From contig OX597835.1 in the NCBI GenBank assembly GCA_951406725.2, positions 39,432,001 to 39,496,000 of the forward strand: a stretch of DNA of 64,000 bases, given 5' to 3'. Both the position numbers and the translations under genes were made by a program. The notes beneath the pieces are model-generated. The model saw only the letters and a list, made by a program, of their open reading frames with translations, made no database searches and was not told the DNA's origin. Shown here in pieces: positions 27,621 to 42,116 of the stretch (positions are counted from its first letter, which is position 1; the number at the start of each line of letters is the position of its first letter). This DNA is from Octopus vulgaris. Lineage: Eukaryota.

Positions 27621-28091
27621 ATGTGTGCGTGTGCATGTATGTGTGTGTGTTCGCACGCACACGTGTGTATGCGTATGTGTGTCTGTGTGTGTGCATGTGT
27701 GTGCATTTGCATGTGTGTGTCTGCATATGTGTGTGTGTGTGTGTGTGTGCGTGTGTGTGTATGTGTGTGTGTGTGCGCGTATGTGTGCGTGCGTGTGCAT
27801 GTATGTGTGTGTGTTTGCACGCACACGTGTGTATGTGTATGTGTGTCTGTGTGTGTGCATGTGTTTGAATGTGTGTGTGTGCGTGTCTGCATATGTGTGT
27901 GTGCGTGTGTGTTTGTTTGTGTGATCAGAATGCCTTGCGGTATTCGTTTCGGCTCACAGCGTTCAAATTTCTCAGTGCTGAACTTTACCAATTCTGCTTT
28001 CAGGGTCTACATTTAATTCAGCACTAGGATCGATTGATCAGCAGCAGTATCATTTTAATCATTATCATCATCGTCATCATCATCATCATCG

Positions 28092-28123
<32 letters not shown>

Positions 28124-28568
28124 GCCATCACCATCGTCTTCTTCTTCTTCTTCTTCTTCTTCTTCTTCTTCTTCTTCTTCTTCTTCTTCTTCTTCTTCTT
28201 CTTCTATTTTTTACCGCTCTTGTGGAACAATGGATTTTCCTACATTCATATTCAACTTTTCCAGAACTTCACACTCTTATTTTCAAGAATTGATATACAC
28301 TTGGCACTAGTGTTATTTCTTATGTACTGGTGGAATACATGTAGACTTCCTAACAAAGAATTTCTTAATCGTTGTCCTCTATATAAATAGATTTTTTTTA
28401 TTTTTGGAACGGTAATTCACGAAGTAGATAAATATTTAAAGAATAATTGCTTGGAAATACGGACATAAAATAATCTCTTTGGCTGCAAAAAATATCGAAG
28501 GCTGCCAATCAATAAATACACGTATGTGTGTTTGTGTGTATGTGGTGTCTAGGTCAGCAAATATTAAT

Positions 28569-28656
<88 letters not shown>

Positions 28657-28912
28657 CATAATAATAAGGGTTTAGGAACAAGTTGCTTAAACTCATACCG
28701 AAAATTTTAGAAATTGCAGCCAAAAGACTACTATTTCTTTTTCTACAAAAATATGTCTCCACAGACAATAATATTTGTAACTCACACATGGCATGTGTAT
28801 AAGTTTTTGTATAAGTTTTTACCCAATATGGTCCTTTTCCATACCGAAAAACTACTAGGTGAAATTTGTTGATTTTATTAAATTAATAATCTTTCACCCT
28901 ATATCTGTAATG

Positions 28913-28943
<31 letters not shown>

Positions 28944-29084
28944 AAAAAAATACAAACTGGGACAAGAACGTAAAACATTTAGAAGTCGATAGAAAAAAAA
29001 AAGGACGGGACATTCGAAGCCTTCAATCTTCAGTCAAGAACCGGATCATCCTAGCAATTTCGGCTGATATATACATACATAGTA

Positions 29085-29665
29085 TGCATCCATTGGTCTC
29101 GAGCGGGCATGGATCTGGGCCCAAAGAAATTGTGTCGGCTGGTGGTACGGGTGTAGCGTGTGCTGTGGCAGTAGAAGCTCACACGGGAGTAGCAGTCACG
29201 CATACAGCGACTGCATTTGAGGGAGCTCTCTGCCGGTGTTGCGGATTTTTTTCCTTCCGTCGAGTGCTCTTTTCTTTGATGGCTAGTTCCTGTTTTTCTT
29301 CTGCTCTCTTCCTTCCCTTTCGTAGTATTTGCCTTCATTCACTTTCACAGTATTTGCATCTCAGAGCAATTTCATATTTCTTACAAACATCTTTGAAACG
29401 AAGATGAGCTCGTCCGCGTGCTCTTGTGTCGTTAGCCAATTCACCGTACAAGAAGTCTTTTGGGATTCTTCTGCCTGACATGCGATGAACATGATTGAAC
29501 CAGCGCAAACGACGCTGCTGGCGAAAGATGTGTATGCTCGGTATCTTGGCTCGGTTAAGGACTTTGGTATTGGTGATGTGGTCGGTCTATATGATGGCCA
29601 AGATGCGTCTCCAATTATGAAGGTGAAAGACGTAGAAACACCGCCCCTGCCTAGAGTAGTGACTC
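29085..29665 (-). mobile_element. RTE-clade LINE 3' fragment
   Basis: [58 protein letters not shown], followed by a CSRCMRDCYSR..H zinc-finger-like end. Confidence 0.88.
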
Positions 29666-29668
29666 TGT

Positions 29669-29745
<77 letters not shown>

Positions 29746-29779
29746 CATATATATATATATCTATATATATACATATATA

Positions 29780-29840
29780 TTTGATTTTGATTTTTCCAGT
29801 TTCAGCTCATGAGCTGTGGCCATGCTGGGGCACTGCCATT
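29780..29840 (-). mobile_element. Tiny CR1-like 3' end
   Basis: CAGTTTCAGCTCATGAGCTGTGGCCATGCTGGGGCAC matches 39990-40030. Confidence 0.7.
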
Positions 29841-30221
29841 TATATATATATATATATAAAGTGTTTCCAAATCCAAATTAAGAAATTTTGAGCTGACGAA
29901 AGAAATGCTGATTTTATATGGCTAATCTTGAAACGTTGACGTACTCAAACAATCTATGTACTTGTGATATTTTTCTGTATTTACCCCCAAACCTTCGTGA
30001 GCTGTCTAGAGTAAGCATTATCTGAGAGAAATTTTCTTTAAGTAGTAGAAATGCTAAGAAAATTTTTTTTGGGCTGCTATTTCTACTAAGTTCTGTATGT
30101 GGCAAAGTAATTTATTTTACTAAGCCCTAATTATATAATGTAATATTTTGAATTCGCCTTAAATGGTCCTTTTACATACTGAACACTTGGTGAAATTGAT
30201 TAATTAATTAATTTTACCCTC

Positions 30222-30289
<68 letters not shown>

Positions 30290-30297
<8 letters not shown>

Positions 30298-30560
30298 TAA
30301 TATCAGGGTAATAAAGATTTTAGAAATTGTTACTACCAGTGGCCTAGCGTGTAGAAAAATTAGTCAATAGACTATATATTATTCATATAAATACAGTGTT
30401 CATTAAAATACATAAGAGGTATCCGTCATAGGATTCTTGTAACGATAGGCAGCCAAAGTTCAAAATCACTATTAGGGATAAAACTTCGAAGGAAATGAAA
30501 AATAAAAGCATTTACCATGTATGACGGATACCTCTTATGTGTTTAAATGTACACTGTATA
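30290..30560. mobile_element. Penelope-type terminal element with inverted duplication
   Basis: 30392-30430 is inverted at 30520-30558; homologous to 41130-41360; (TA)n on both sides. Confidence 0.7.
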
Positions 30561-31564
30561 TATATATATATATATATATAAAAGAGGGAGAGAGAGAGAA
30601 AAGAACACTATGGTGATGGCGATGATGATGATGATGATGATGATGATTAAAATGATGCTGCTGCTAAACAATCGATCCTAGTGCTGGATAAAATGTAGAC
30701 CCTGAAAGCAGAATTGGTAAAGTTCACCACTGAGAAATTTGAACGCTGCGAGCCGAAACTTTCGGGACAATTAATCTTCTCTAGAAAAGAAAAGAAAAAC
30801 AGACGTGTCAAAGGCCATGATTTAATATTTGTCATAAAAATTCTTCTTACTTTCTATTTATGTTCTTGTTTTCTTCGGAGAGATTATTTTTCTCTGAAGA
30901 ATGACATGTATCCGAAACGTTAAACTTTTCATCGTGTAAAATCACATATATTTCTATCTAAAAACATTTTTTTCCCTCAGAAATTAAGACTAGACATCTG
31001 CCAGAACCTACAAACTGTCTTTCGTTAAAATTATATTCTCTCCTTTTTTTTTCATTATTTTTTGTATTTTTGTATTATTATTTTTCTTTCGGCAAAGTGA
31101 AGCCTTATTTGTTTGTTTTCTTTTGAGGGGAAAAAATCAATGTATTTCTCGGTGTTTTATTTTGGTTTTTGATATTTTTTTAGCTGATAAAATTGATTTC
31201 CAATCTGCAGCCAATTATTCATTAAAATATTTTCATTCAATGATACTCGTTACTGTTTGTCTCCGTTTCGCTGATTTGTCTCCATTTCAGGTTTTATAGA
31301 TTCTTTTTCTATAGGAGGTGTTGGGAGGATCTGAGAAATACAGCGATGTTGGTGGAGGACGTGGTGGTGTTGGTGCTTGTGGCGGTGGTGGTGGTGGTGG
31401 TGGTGGTGGCAGAGTGTGGTTTCCAAACAGCGCAACATGGAGCCATTGTCTAATATAATGTTTCAGTTAATTTTTATAGAATTTTGACAATACCTTCCTG
31501 TTACTAGCTGTCCTAATTAAGAAGAATCCATGACATACGCACCATACACCTATATCTGTGTGAG

Positions 31565-31824
31565 TATATATATATATATTTATATATACATACATCTATA
31601 AATATATAAATGTGTATATATATATATACATATATATATATAAAGATATATATATATATACATATATATACATATATATACATAGGTATATGTATATATA
31701 TGTATATATATATGTATATAGGTATATATATATACATGTATATTCATATATATATGTATATATATACATATATATATATATATATAAATACATATATATG
31801 TATATGTATATGTATATATGTGTG

Positions 31825-31883
<59 letters not shown>

Positions 31884-31975
31884 GTCCGTAAGAACACGTA
31901 TGCATAAGAGTTTATGTATATATACACATATACACATACAAAAGTATATTTATACTTAAAATCAAATGCATGCAC

Positions 31976-32046
<71 letters not shown>

Positions 32047-32982
32047 CGTATGTATGCATACATGCATATACATATACACACACAGATATATATGTATATC
32101 TATATATGTATACATACATATAAATACATACACGTATAATACATACGTACGTACATAAGCATGCACATATATACATGCATATATGTAAATGCATTCATAT
32201 ATGTATGCATTTAGTTATGTATGTATACAAATTTATTGATATGCATACAGATTTTCATAGAAACATACATATATAGACCGATTGATACATACATACACGC
32301 ATATACATACTGACGCATATACATACACATATATCTACATCGATGTACATGTACATATACCAATACATCATTCGTTCATCCATACATACATACAAACATA
32401 CATAAATACGCACATACATACATATATACATGCATACAGAGATAAATCAAAATCATCTGTATATACATACAAACATACATACATACATACGCACATACAT
32501 ACATACGCACATACATACATACATATATTTATATACATATATACATAGATATATATATACATACATATATTCGTGCATACAAATATACATACATACATAC
32601 ACGTATACATACATACGTACATACGTACATACGTACATATATACATACAAACATACATACATGCGTACATACATACATTCATAAATACCACACATACACA
32701 TATATACAAATATACATACAAACACATACGTACATACAAGCATACATGCATGCATTCATATATATCACACATACATATATACAAATAAAAACAAACATAC
32801 ATAGATATATACCACACATACATACATTCACTTATACATGCAAACATGTATGCATACATACCACACACACATACATACACACATACTTACATACACACAT
32901 ACATACATGTCACATGTACCATACACATACACACATCTTTCAATCTATACATACATCACTCCATACATACACACACATACTT

Positions 32983-33022
<40 letters not shown>
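31565..33022. repeat. Degenerate (TA)n/(CATA)n/(CA)n tract
   Basis: Simple repeats. Confidence 0.9.
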
Positions 33023-33026
<4 letters not shown>

Positions 33027-33423
33027 AGAGTCTCGTTGTTAGTCAAACCAGAGATGGCACGTCCCATTGGTTCGCCCATCCTTCACGTTTATCACCTACT
33101 AAATCTCTCCTTCCATCTTCGCCATACTCTTTTCCCGCCTCGCTTTCTTCGCCATTTTTTTTATGCGCCTTCTTGGTTACTTATTCTTTTTTATTTTTAT
33201 CTATCTTCCTATATTTATTTATTTGTTTTTTACGGGATGACTGGGGTGTTTTTGTTTTGTTTTTGTTTCGTTTCCCACTTGCTTTTCATTTTTTTTTATA
33301 TAAATAATTTTATTTTACGTTGTATTATTTTATTTTATTTTATTTTATTTTACTTTATTTGGTTAAATAATTGACTTGTCAAATGGATGTGAGTGATGCT
33401 TTCTTAAAATCCATTGTAATTTC

Positions 33424-33724
33424 CACCACCATCACCACCCCCTTTATTATCATCATCATCACCATCATTATCATCATCGTCATCACCATCATCATCATCA
33501 TTAGCAGCACCAGCATCTACCATCTTATCGTCACCATCAACATCATCTACATTCTTCTCATGTTTGCAATCATCATCATCATCATCATCATCACCACCAT
33601 CATCATCATCATCATCACCATCACCATCATCATCACCATCATCATCATCATCATCATCATCCTCATCATCATCATCATCACCATCACCATCATCATCATC
33701 ATCATCATCACCATCATCATCACC

Positions 33725-33774
<50 letters not shown>

Positions 33775-34529
33775 CATTATCATCATCATTATCCTCATCA
33801 TCGCCACCACCGCCACAGCCACCGCTACCACCTCATCCAACACCACAAACATCATGGTCATCGTCGTCGTCATCATCTTCATCTTCCTCCTCTTCGTCAT
33901 CTGTATCATCGTCATTGTTATCTTTGTCGTCATTGTCGTCGTCGGCGTTACCATCATTGTCCACGACGTTGTCGCCATCATCATCAATGTCGTCGTTGAC
34001 ATCGTGACCAGCATCACTATCACCACCACAGCCATCACTACCGCCTCATCCACCACCACAACCATCATCATCAACATAATCGTCGTCGTCGTCATCATCA
34101 TCATCATCACCACTACCATCACCTCCACCTCCACAACCACCACTACCGCCTCATCCACAGGCAAAACCATCATCATCATCATCGTTTTTATCATCCTCAC
34201 CCTCCTCCTCGTTATCATTTTCACCATCATCATCAACATCGTCGTCGTCGTCGTCATCATCCTCATCATCATCACCACCACCATCGCCTCCACCACCATC
34301 GCCTCCACCATCAGAACCGCCTCATCCACAGGCAAAAACCATCATCATCATCATCATCATCGTCGTCGTCTTTATCATCCTCACCATCCTCATCATCATT
34401 ATCATCGCTATCTTCGTCCCCCTTGTCTCAGTCATCGTTATCTTGACCGTCGTCATCATCATCATCATCATCATCACCATCATCACCATCACCATCATCA
34501 TCATCACCATCTCTATCTCACCATCATCG

Positions 34530-34564
<35 letters not shown>

Positions 34565-34590
34565 GTCATCATTGTCATCGTCATCAATAT
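33424..34590. repeat. (CAT)n/(CAC)n/(CGT)n trinucleotide tract
   Basis: Simple repeat; source of the spurious poly-I/S/M/H ORFs. Confidence 0.9.
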
Positions 34591-35344
34591 TATTAACAAG
34601 AACCAATAACGCTTGCAGCGATAGCAATGACGCAAACACAACAGCGATAAAAAAATAACAAAGGCAGCGGGAGAAGCAGCGGCAATAAGAACAACAACAA
34701 TTATAATAATGATTTCAATTTTTGGCACAAGGCCTTCAATGTAAGGGAAGGGACTAAGTCGGTTACATCGACCCCAGTGCGCAACTGGGTAAAGTCGACC
34801 CCGGCAGAATTTGAACTTAGACCGTAAAGGCGGACAAAATACCGCTAAGCTTTCTCTCCGGCGTACTAACGCGTCTGCTAGTGGTAATGATGATGATGAT
34901 GATGATAGTAGTGGTAGTGTTGGTGGTAGTGGTGGTGGTAGTGGTGGTGGTGGTGGTAATGGTGGTGGTGGTGGTGGTGGTGGTGGTGGTGGTGGTGGTG
35001 ATGATGGTGATGATGACGATGATGATGATGATGATGATCCTTTCTACTACACGCACAAGGCCTGGAATATTGGGTGAAAGAGCTAGTCGATTGCATCGAC
35101 CCCACTGTTCAAACTGGTACGTATTTTATCGATCCCGAAAGGACGAAAGGCAAAATCGATCTCGGCGGAATTTTGCCCGGTGCGCTAACGATTTTGCCAG
35201 CTCGCCACCTTTACAATAATAATAATAATAGCTTTAAATTTTGGGGTCAGTATAAGGAGTCAGTATAGGAGAAGTATAGGAGAAGTATAAGTCGATTACC
35301 ATTGAGATTGTTGGCCAACTGGTACAATCTAACTTAGGCAATGA

Positions 35345-37100
35345 CTTTCGAGACATCACATTAGAATGTCCTCTCGGTAACAACACCTATCTCCGAACTC
35401 TGATTTTTTTCTTTATTCTGTTTGAAAAGGGGAATATTTCCCGAAATGTTATACGTCTAATCCCAATTAAAGAGAACCTCACCGATTCCAGCTTTATTCT
35501 CAAATCTCAGTGATATATCGGATTAGGTGGAGGCTGCCGTGGATCGATTTGTTTAAAATAAACGCACATTTGGGCTTCCTCGGTTAGCCTACCGGCAACA
35601 AGTGATGATCTTTTCGTTAACATCTCGGCCAAAATCTTGAGCTCTTTGCGCAGCAGTGTTATGGGATGAGTTATCTGCGAGAACCTAATTTTTGGCATTC
35701 TTTTTATTAATAGCGTCACCAATCTTTGGCTCACTGCTCTTGGAATTCCATCGTTTAGCTATCAGTTAATGTAGACGCCTGCCAGATGTTGCTAAACAAG
35801 TCTCGCATGTATTTGAAAATTTGTGGTACAAACCATCGAAGGTGGGTGATTTGCTCCTGAAGCAACCACTCTCGGCCTCCTATATTTCAGCTGCTGTTTT
35901 CCGCCTTTCACAGTATCTTGCAACTTCGTTCAAGAGTATGGAAGAGACGCCGCATTTCGGCCAATCAAATTCATTGAGCATCTTTTATTCCTTCGAGTTT
36001 AACGCAAGACCTCGAGCTGTGGAAATGCATCTATCGCGTTTTGTGTAAAAGAAAAGGTCAAGGGTCATTCTCGCAGCTTTCGCTTGGTCGCGGGACCCTT
36101 ATTAATGTTCACAAGCTCTGCTGATTCCCTCAATCAATAACTGACACTCCGTCAGTGATGAAGACGAGGGTTCCAGTTGATCGGATCAACGGAACAGCCT
36201 GCTCATGAAATAAACGTGGAAGTGGTTAAGCACTCCACGAACACCCGTACCCTTGACATAGTTCTCAGGGAGATTCAGCGTGACACAGAGTGTGACAAGG
36301 CTGGCCCTTTGAATTACAGGTATTACTCACTTTTGCCAGCCGAGTGGACTGGAGCAACGTGTAATAAAGTGTCTTGCTCAAAGACATAATGCGCCGCCAG
36401 GTATCGAACCCACGATCTTGCGATCGTGAGCCGAAAACCCAAACCACTAAGCCACGCGTCTTCTCGCAATCAAGAGCTCTTTACTAAGGAGTACTTTGAT
36501 CTAATCTTCCTGATCAAGGCGCCCCACCATCATTCGTTGACGATTCCCCCTGTCATCTGCTGTTAAACTAATTTACTAATCCGCTCCCTGTAGTTTTGGG
36601 GCCCCGAAAAAACAGGTTCAGCTTCCAGAGACTGGAACTCAATCTATGTGTCTCATCTAAATCAACCGTGTAGCTCAAATATTTATGATCTGTGGAGCCA
36701 GACAGGTTGAATTATGGACATTCTACACTGCATCTGTCCACTAATGTTATATAGATACGATCTTCATGATCCACTATAGTTGTTCTATATTCACGCTATA
36801 ACATCGAGGAAATCCAGGCGGTCCCAACCCGACAATTATAAACAGTAGAGCTTAGAACAACGCATGCAACCAGATGTCTAATTCTGGTGTTATATTCAAA
36901 ACTTTAATTCTACCTCTCGCCATCTCAAATACGCCAGAAAGGAAACCAAAATCTTCACTTCCGTACCCGACAATATAATACCTCGGTGCATGTATTTCAG
37001 AGAGGAATCTATCATACACACAACCACACTGTCTGTCCCTAGAGACGAAATCATCATCATATTATATTCCTGTTGAGCACTTTTTTTAATTTGGGTAAAG
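35345..37100 (-). pseudogene. Old degraded Tx1/L1-clade ORF2 (APE to RT start), split by a SINE
   Basis: RSYLYNI, TDHKYLSYTVDLDETHRLSSSLWKLN, FDGLYHKF and LVTLLIK..HPITLLRKELKILAEMLTKR..EEAQMC; collinear with the copy at 1-845. Confidence 0.75.
36145..36465 (-). mobile_element. SINE family C
   Basis: Minus strand: ACGCGTGGCTTAGTGGTTTGGG..GGTTCGATACC..TGTCTTTGAGCAAGACAC. Confidence 0.8.
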
Positions 37101-37499
37101 TATAATCATTTCAGCTCATCGGTTCTCAGCCAAGACACACAGAAACACACACACACCGGTACCCTAGGATTTTCCCTTCCAGGAAGTCTGAAGTTTCTAT
37201 CACTGAAGATTTTCTGTAGTGTTTGTTAACAAGCTCTTGCGCCCGCCTTAAGTTGGTTCCCAACCATATGGTTCCGAGTTCAGTCCCACTGCGTGACACC
37301 TTAGGCAAAAGCCTTTTCCTATAACCTCGGGCCGACCAAAACCTTCTGAGTGGATGTGGTAGATGGAAACTGAAAGCTCATTACATTCTAGAACTGAGAA
37401 AAGTCTTGAATATTTTTACTGTTCCACTTACAATTTGTATTTCTAATGTGCGAATCATCTGGTTGATTTATTTTACTGAAAATCCAACCTTATCTAGAC

Positions 37500-37950
37500 T
37501 GACAGTTAGACATTTGCTTACAAAACCAAGTGCTCCAATTATTATCGTATGAATGTAAATTTGTAATTTGGATATTGAAGCTGAAGGTCTCGGAGCAGTT
37601 GTCCATCGTTATCCTTTTACTCTTTGATTTTCAAAGAGATATTCACATCAGCAGGACAGCTTCCTTCTATGACCGCACATACTTTTTCTTGTCGATCCTA
37701 AACAAGGTTATTCAGCCTGTTATGCATACACTTGGACAGATATTTTGATGGGAATGTTCCACCAGTATTCCTCATGCTGGCATTTGTGTATGTATTCAAT
37801 AACAGGGAGATTATCCATCTTCATTGCAGGATAGCCTTTTTTTTTTCGAATAGCATTGTAAATTGTTTTAGCGACAACGTCATGTCGCATAGCGAGGTAG
37901 TACCGTGGTAAAATTTTTGGGCAGCTGCTAATCACGTGCGATATCTTCCA
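37500..37950 (-). mobile_element. R4/Dong-like RLE LINE fragment
   Basis: HVISSCPKILPRYYLAMRHDVVAKTIY...EEYWWNIPIK...IIGALG: end of the CCHC knuckle, RHD motif and RLE region. Confidence 0.8.
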
Positions 37951-38143
37951 CAGAAATATAAGATAAAATAAATATAGCCACTCTTCAGGTTAAAGATAAA
38001 AACAATAAAATAATTAATTAGATAAATTAATAAATATATGTAAATAATCTTGTAAAGCACGAAATAGCTTAACAAATATATTCTTGTTTAAATAAAGAAA
38101 TAGAATAAAATTAAGATACAATTACTTAAAATATTTAAAACAA

Positions 38144-38184
<41 letters not shown>

Positions 38185-38496
38185 AATACAAAATATACAT
38201 TAAGTGAAAACTAAATACTATAATTTAATCTATATACATTAAATTAAATTATTACTTTATTTATTTATTTATTTATTTAACATCTAAATAAAATCTTATA
38301 CTCATTAAGTAATTTATATTAAAAACCTTAATGTTAATTAATCTACATAACGTTAGTACAAGCTATAAATATTAGAATTAATAATAGGAAATGGTTTAAA
38401 TATATACACACCTATTAGATAAACTACATATATTATTAATATATATGTAGTATCTATACATTTAATATTTTACTCAATTATATAGTTGACCAAAAT

Positions 38497-38729
38497 GAAG
38501 GCGGCGAGCTGGCAGAAACGGTAGCGCGCCGGGCGAAATGCGTAGCCGTATTTCGTCTGTCGTTACGTTCTGAGTTCAAATTCCGCCGAGGTTGACTTTG
38601 CCTTTCATCCTTTCGGGGTCGATAAATTAAGTACCAGTTACGCACTGGAGTCGATGGAATCGACTTAATCCCTTTGTCTGTCCTTGTTTGTCCCCTCTGT
38701 GTTTAGCCCCTTGTGGGTAGTAAAGAAAT
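38497..38729 (+). mobile_element. Full-length SINE family A with 19-bp TSD
   Basis: TTATATAGTTGACCAAAAT at 38478-38496 and 38730-38748. Confidence 0.92.
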
Positions 38730-39721
38730 TTATATAGTTGACCAAAATATCAATTCATATAAAACTAATTTCCTTAAATGTAATACTACGTAATAAATAT
38801 ACTACCTAACTTTTAAATAATTTATTGTCGTACAAAACTAATTCTCAAATTAAATTATATGCAATTCGTTAAATCACATAATAATAATAATAATAATAAT
38901 AATAAAACATAATAAATAAATAGATATACATATCATAATTAATAATTAACAAGAAATGTGGTAGTGGTGGTGGTGGTGGTAGTGATGTCAACGATGATAG
39001 TGTTGGTGGTTGCTGTATTGTTGATGGCTATAATGGTGGTGATAGTGGCGGTGGTGGTGGTGGTGGTGGTGGATTGTGGAGGTAGTAACGGTGTCCCTGA
39101 TTATGGTGGCGATAGGGACGGGGGAAGGTATGGTAGGAGCTCTTATGAAGTTATTTGAAGTGTTAAAGTTAAGAATGATGGCGTTGATTTTGACTGCTAT
39201 TTCTGACCATATCAGTGACCACATAGAGGTTCCCTCCAGAGCTTCTGGTTATATCGGTGTTGGTGAAGGTCCGGTGGTGGTGGTGGTGGTGGTGGTGATC
39301 AACCGACTTGACCACCCACTCACCCACATGTCTTTATCTTTATTCAGAACTCCTCTCACGTAATACTTTCTCCTACTCCTCCTTCACTCCTGCCCCTCCT
39401 CCTCTTTCCACTCCTTTTCTCTCAGCCCCTTCTTTTTTTCCCTCCTTTCTTATCAACACATTTCCGACGATGATGTGTTACGGTGGACCCGAATAACTCA
39501 CCGTCTAGTGTGGTCCCATACATCTACTACAACTACCATACATCTACTACTACCACTACTACTACTACACACACACACACACACAAAGGGACACGCTAGT
39601 ATGCACACACACACACATATACGTATACATACTCTCATTTACACACACACACACACACACATATGCAGACATACACATACACAGTCATACACACAGACAT
39701 ACAAATATAAGTACACATAGT

Positions 39722-39940
39722 CTTTTATTCGTGTATTCTTTTGCTTGTCTCTGTCATTTGACTGCGACCATGCTGGAGCACCGCCTCTAGTCCAACAAAT
39801 CGACCCCAGGACTTATTCTTTGTAAGTCTAGTACTTATTTTATCGGTCTCTTTTGCCGCACCGCTAAGTTACGGGGACGTAAACACACCAACATCGGTTA
39901 TCAAGCGATGGTGGGGGAAAAAATGCAGACACGCATACAG
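39722..39940 (-). mobile_element. SINE family B 3' half
   Basis: Reverse complement of the family B tail. Confidence 0.8.
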
Positions 39941-39964
39941 ACATACACACATGCAAATATATAT

Positions 39965-40292
39965 GATTGATTGATTGATTGATTGATTCTAGTTTCAGCT
40001 CACGAGCTGTGGCCATGCTGGGGCACCGCCATTTGGTGTTGCTACATGGTTTTACTTCACGAATGTTTTTAGCAACTGCCATTTGGTGCATGAGAGAATT
40101 CGATGCAGCTGCCCTCATCTGCACCTCCTGCCGTGAAGTTGGTTCATCTGGGATACCTGACAAGAAGAGATCCAGTTTCATTTTAAAGACATCTGCATCC
40201 ACCCCATGCAGGTCTCTTAGGTTCTTCGGGAGGATATTGAAGAGCTGTGGGCCTCGGAAGCCCAGTGTATCACAGTATTTTGTCCTACATCT

Positions 40293-40293
<1 letters not shown>
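39965..40293 (-). mobile_element. CR1-group LINE 3' end with (TCAA)n tail
   Basis: [49 protein letters not shown] is the typical CR1 ORF2 C-terminus. Confidence 0.85.
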
Positions 40294-40390
<97 letters not shown>

Positions 40391-40542
40391 TGGGCTTCTT
40401 TCAGTTTCCATCTACCAATCCGTTCCCTGTCTGCCTGAGGCTATAGTAGAAGACACTTGCCCAAGGTGCCTTGTAGTAGGACTAAGCCCAGAAGTATGTG
40501 GTTGGGATACAAGCTCCTTACTACACAGCTACGCACAGACAA

Positions 40543-40972
40543 AGGCGCGGCTGTGTGACAAAAAAGTTTTTCTCCCAACCACACGGTTTCGGGTTCAGGC
40601 CCACTGCGTGGCAACTTGGGTAAATGTCTTCTTCTTTAGCCTCGGGCCGACCAAAGCTTTGTGAGTGGATTTGTTAAAGGGAAACTGAAAGAAGCCCGTC
40701 GTACCTGTATATATATGTATATGTATGTACCTGTGTGTGTGTATGTGTGTGTGTCTTTGTGTCTGTGTTTGTCCCGCCATCACCACATCCCATGGTGGTG
40801 TGTTTATATCCCCGTAACTTAGCGTTTCGACCAAAGAGCGATTGAATAAGTGCTAAGCTTACAAAGAGTAAGCTCTGGGGTCGATTTGTTAGACTAAAAG
40901 TCTTTTTAAAGCGATGCTCCAGCATGGCCGCAGTCACATGGCTGAAACAAATAAAAGAATAAAAGAATAAAA
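40543..40972 (+). mobile_element. SINE family B
   Basis: Diverged full-length copy with (ATAAAAGA)n tail. Confidence 0.8.
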
Positions 40973-41129
40973 GATCGGTTGCTTTTGTCGAACTGCCCAG
41001 TTACAAGGACAGAAACAAAAGCAACATCGGTTGTGAAACGATAAGACGAACACAAAGACAGGCTCACAAGAATACAGAGTTCACATCAAGCATCTTGCAA
41101 ACAAGTTCATAAACGTATATATATATATA

Positions 41130-41594
41130 GTTAATAATATTAGGGTAATAAAGATTTTTAAAATGTTTACTACCAGTGGCCTAGCGTATAGAAAGATTAG
41201 TCAATAGACTATATATTATTCATATAAAATACAATCTACATTTAAACACATTAAGAGGTTTCCATGATAGGAATCCTTTACGCTAGAAATAACAGCTAAA
41301 GTCCAAATCACTAATTAGGGATAAAATTCTCGAAGGGAATGAAAAATAAAAACATTTACCATCTCTTTCCTGGACCATGGTTTCTGACTTATTCTAGTAA
41401 ATAAAATAGATTAATGTGGCGAAGTCTTCATCAACAGGGACGCCAAGATTAAATATATAAACACAAGGCCAATCAAACAAGTGTCTCTTGCTTATATATT
41501 TTACTTTTTTTCAAATCTACCGCGCAAGCTGTTCTTTCTAGCGTAAAGGATTCCTATGATGGAAACCTCTTAATGTGTTAAAATGTACACTGTA

Positions 41595-41600
<6 letters not shown>
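41130..41600 (-). mobile_element. Penelope-type element with hammerhead and inverted duplication
   Basis: 41225-41297 is inverted at 41527-41600; hammerhead at 41369-41438; (TA)n flanks. Confidence 0.72.
41369..41438 (-). ncRNA. Type I hammerhead-like motif, core UUGAUGA
   Basis: Minus strand: cctg TTGATGA A GACTT...AAGTC A GAAA CCATGG TC cagg. ACCAUGGU palindrome, GUC triplet. Confidence 0.68.
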
Positions 41601-41653
<53 letters not shown>

Positions 41654-42116
41654 GCCTTTCCTGGGAAGATCCATGCTTAAAACATAATTTATAGAGAAAT
41701 TAGATAATTCAAAACGAAGCCGCATGAACGACGCGATCGCAGAATATCGAAATTACAAGTTCCGCAAAGCCGGATATGTCCAAAGTTTCACAGACAGCAA
41801 GTAGACCCGTGCAATTACCGAATACTATCCACGAGATCAGAGGACGCCACACGAAAGGCCTCCGCGATAATGGGAAGACGATTTAGTTAAGCAATTTGGG
41901 TCAAGATAGAAAATAATAGCGCAGTCAAGACAGAATTGAAAACGCATTGTGACCAGTGGTGTATAACAACATCTGATGGTCTGGTTGACAGTGTGATACG
42001 GCGATATATACGTCTCTGAAGTTGACTTACGATACATCGCTCGTAGAAGTCACTTGACCAAGGTGACAGGCAGTGATATAAAAAACGATAAACGTCGCCC
42101 TTTTCAGGCCTAGCTA

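Noticed and set aside
28942-29066. (TA)n-adjacent insert with GCCGAAA and CTGAAGA on the minus strand
   Set aside because: The pieces are in the wrong order or truncated; possibly a PLE terminus, but no supportable ribozyme.
33371-34609. 412-aa ORF and overlapping poly-M/S/H ORFs
   Set aside because: Translation of a (CAT)n-type microsatellite; no domain content.
38497-38590. tRNA-like A/B boxes here and in many other copies
   Set aside because: These are SINE heads without a full cloverleaf, not tRNA genes.
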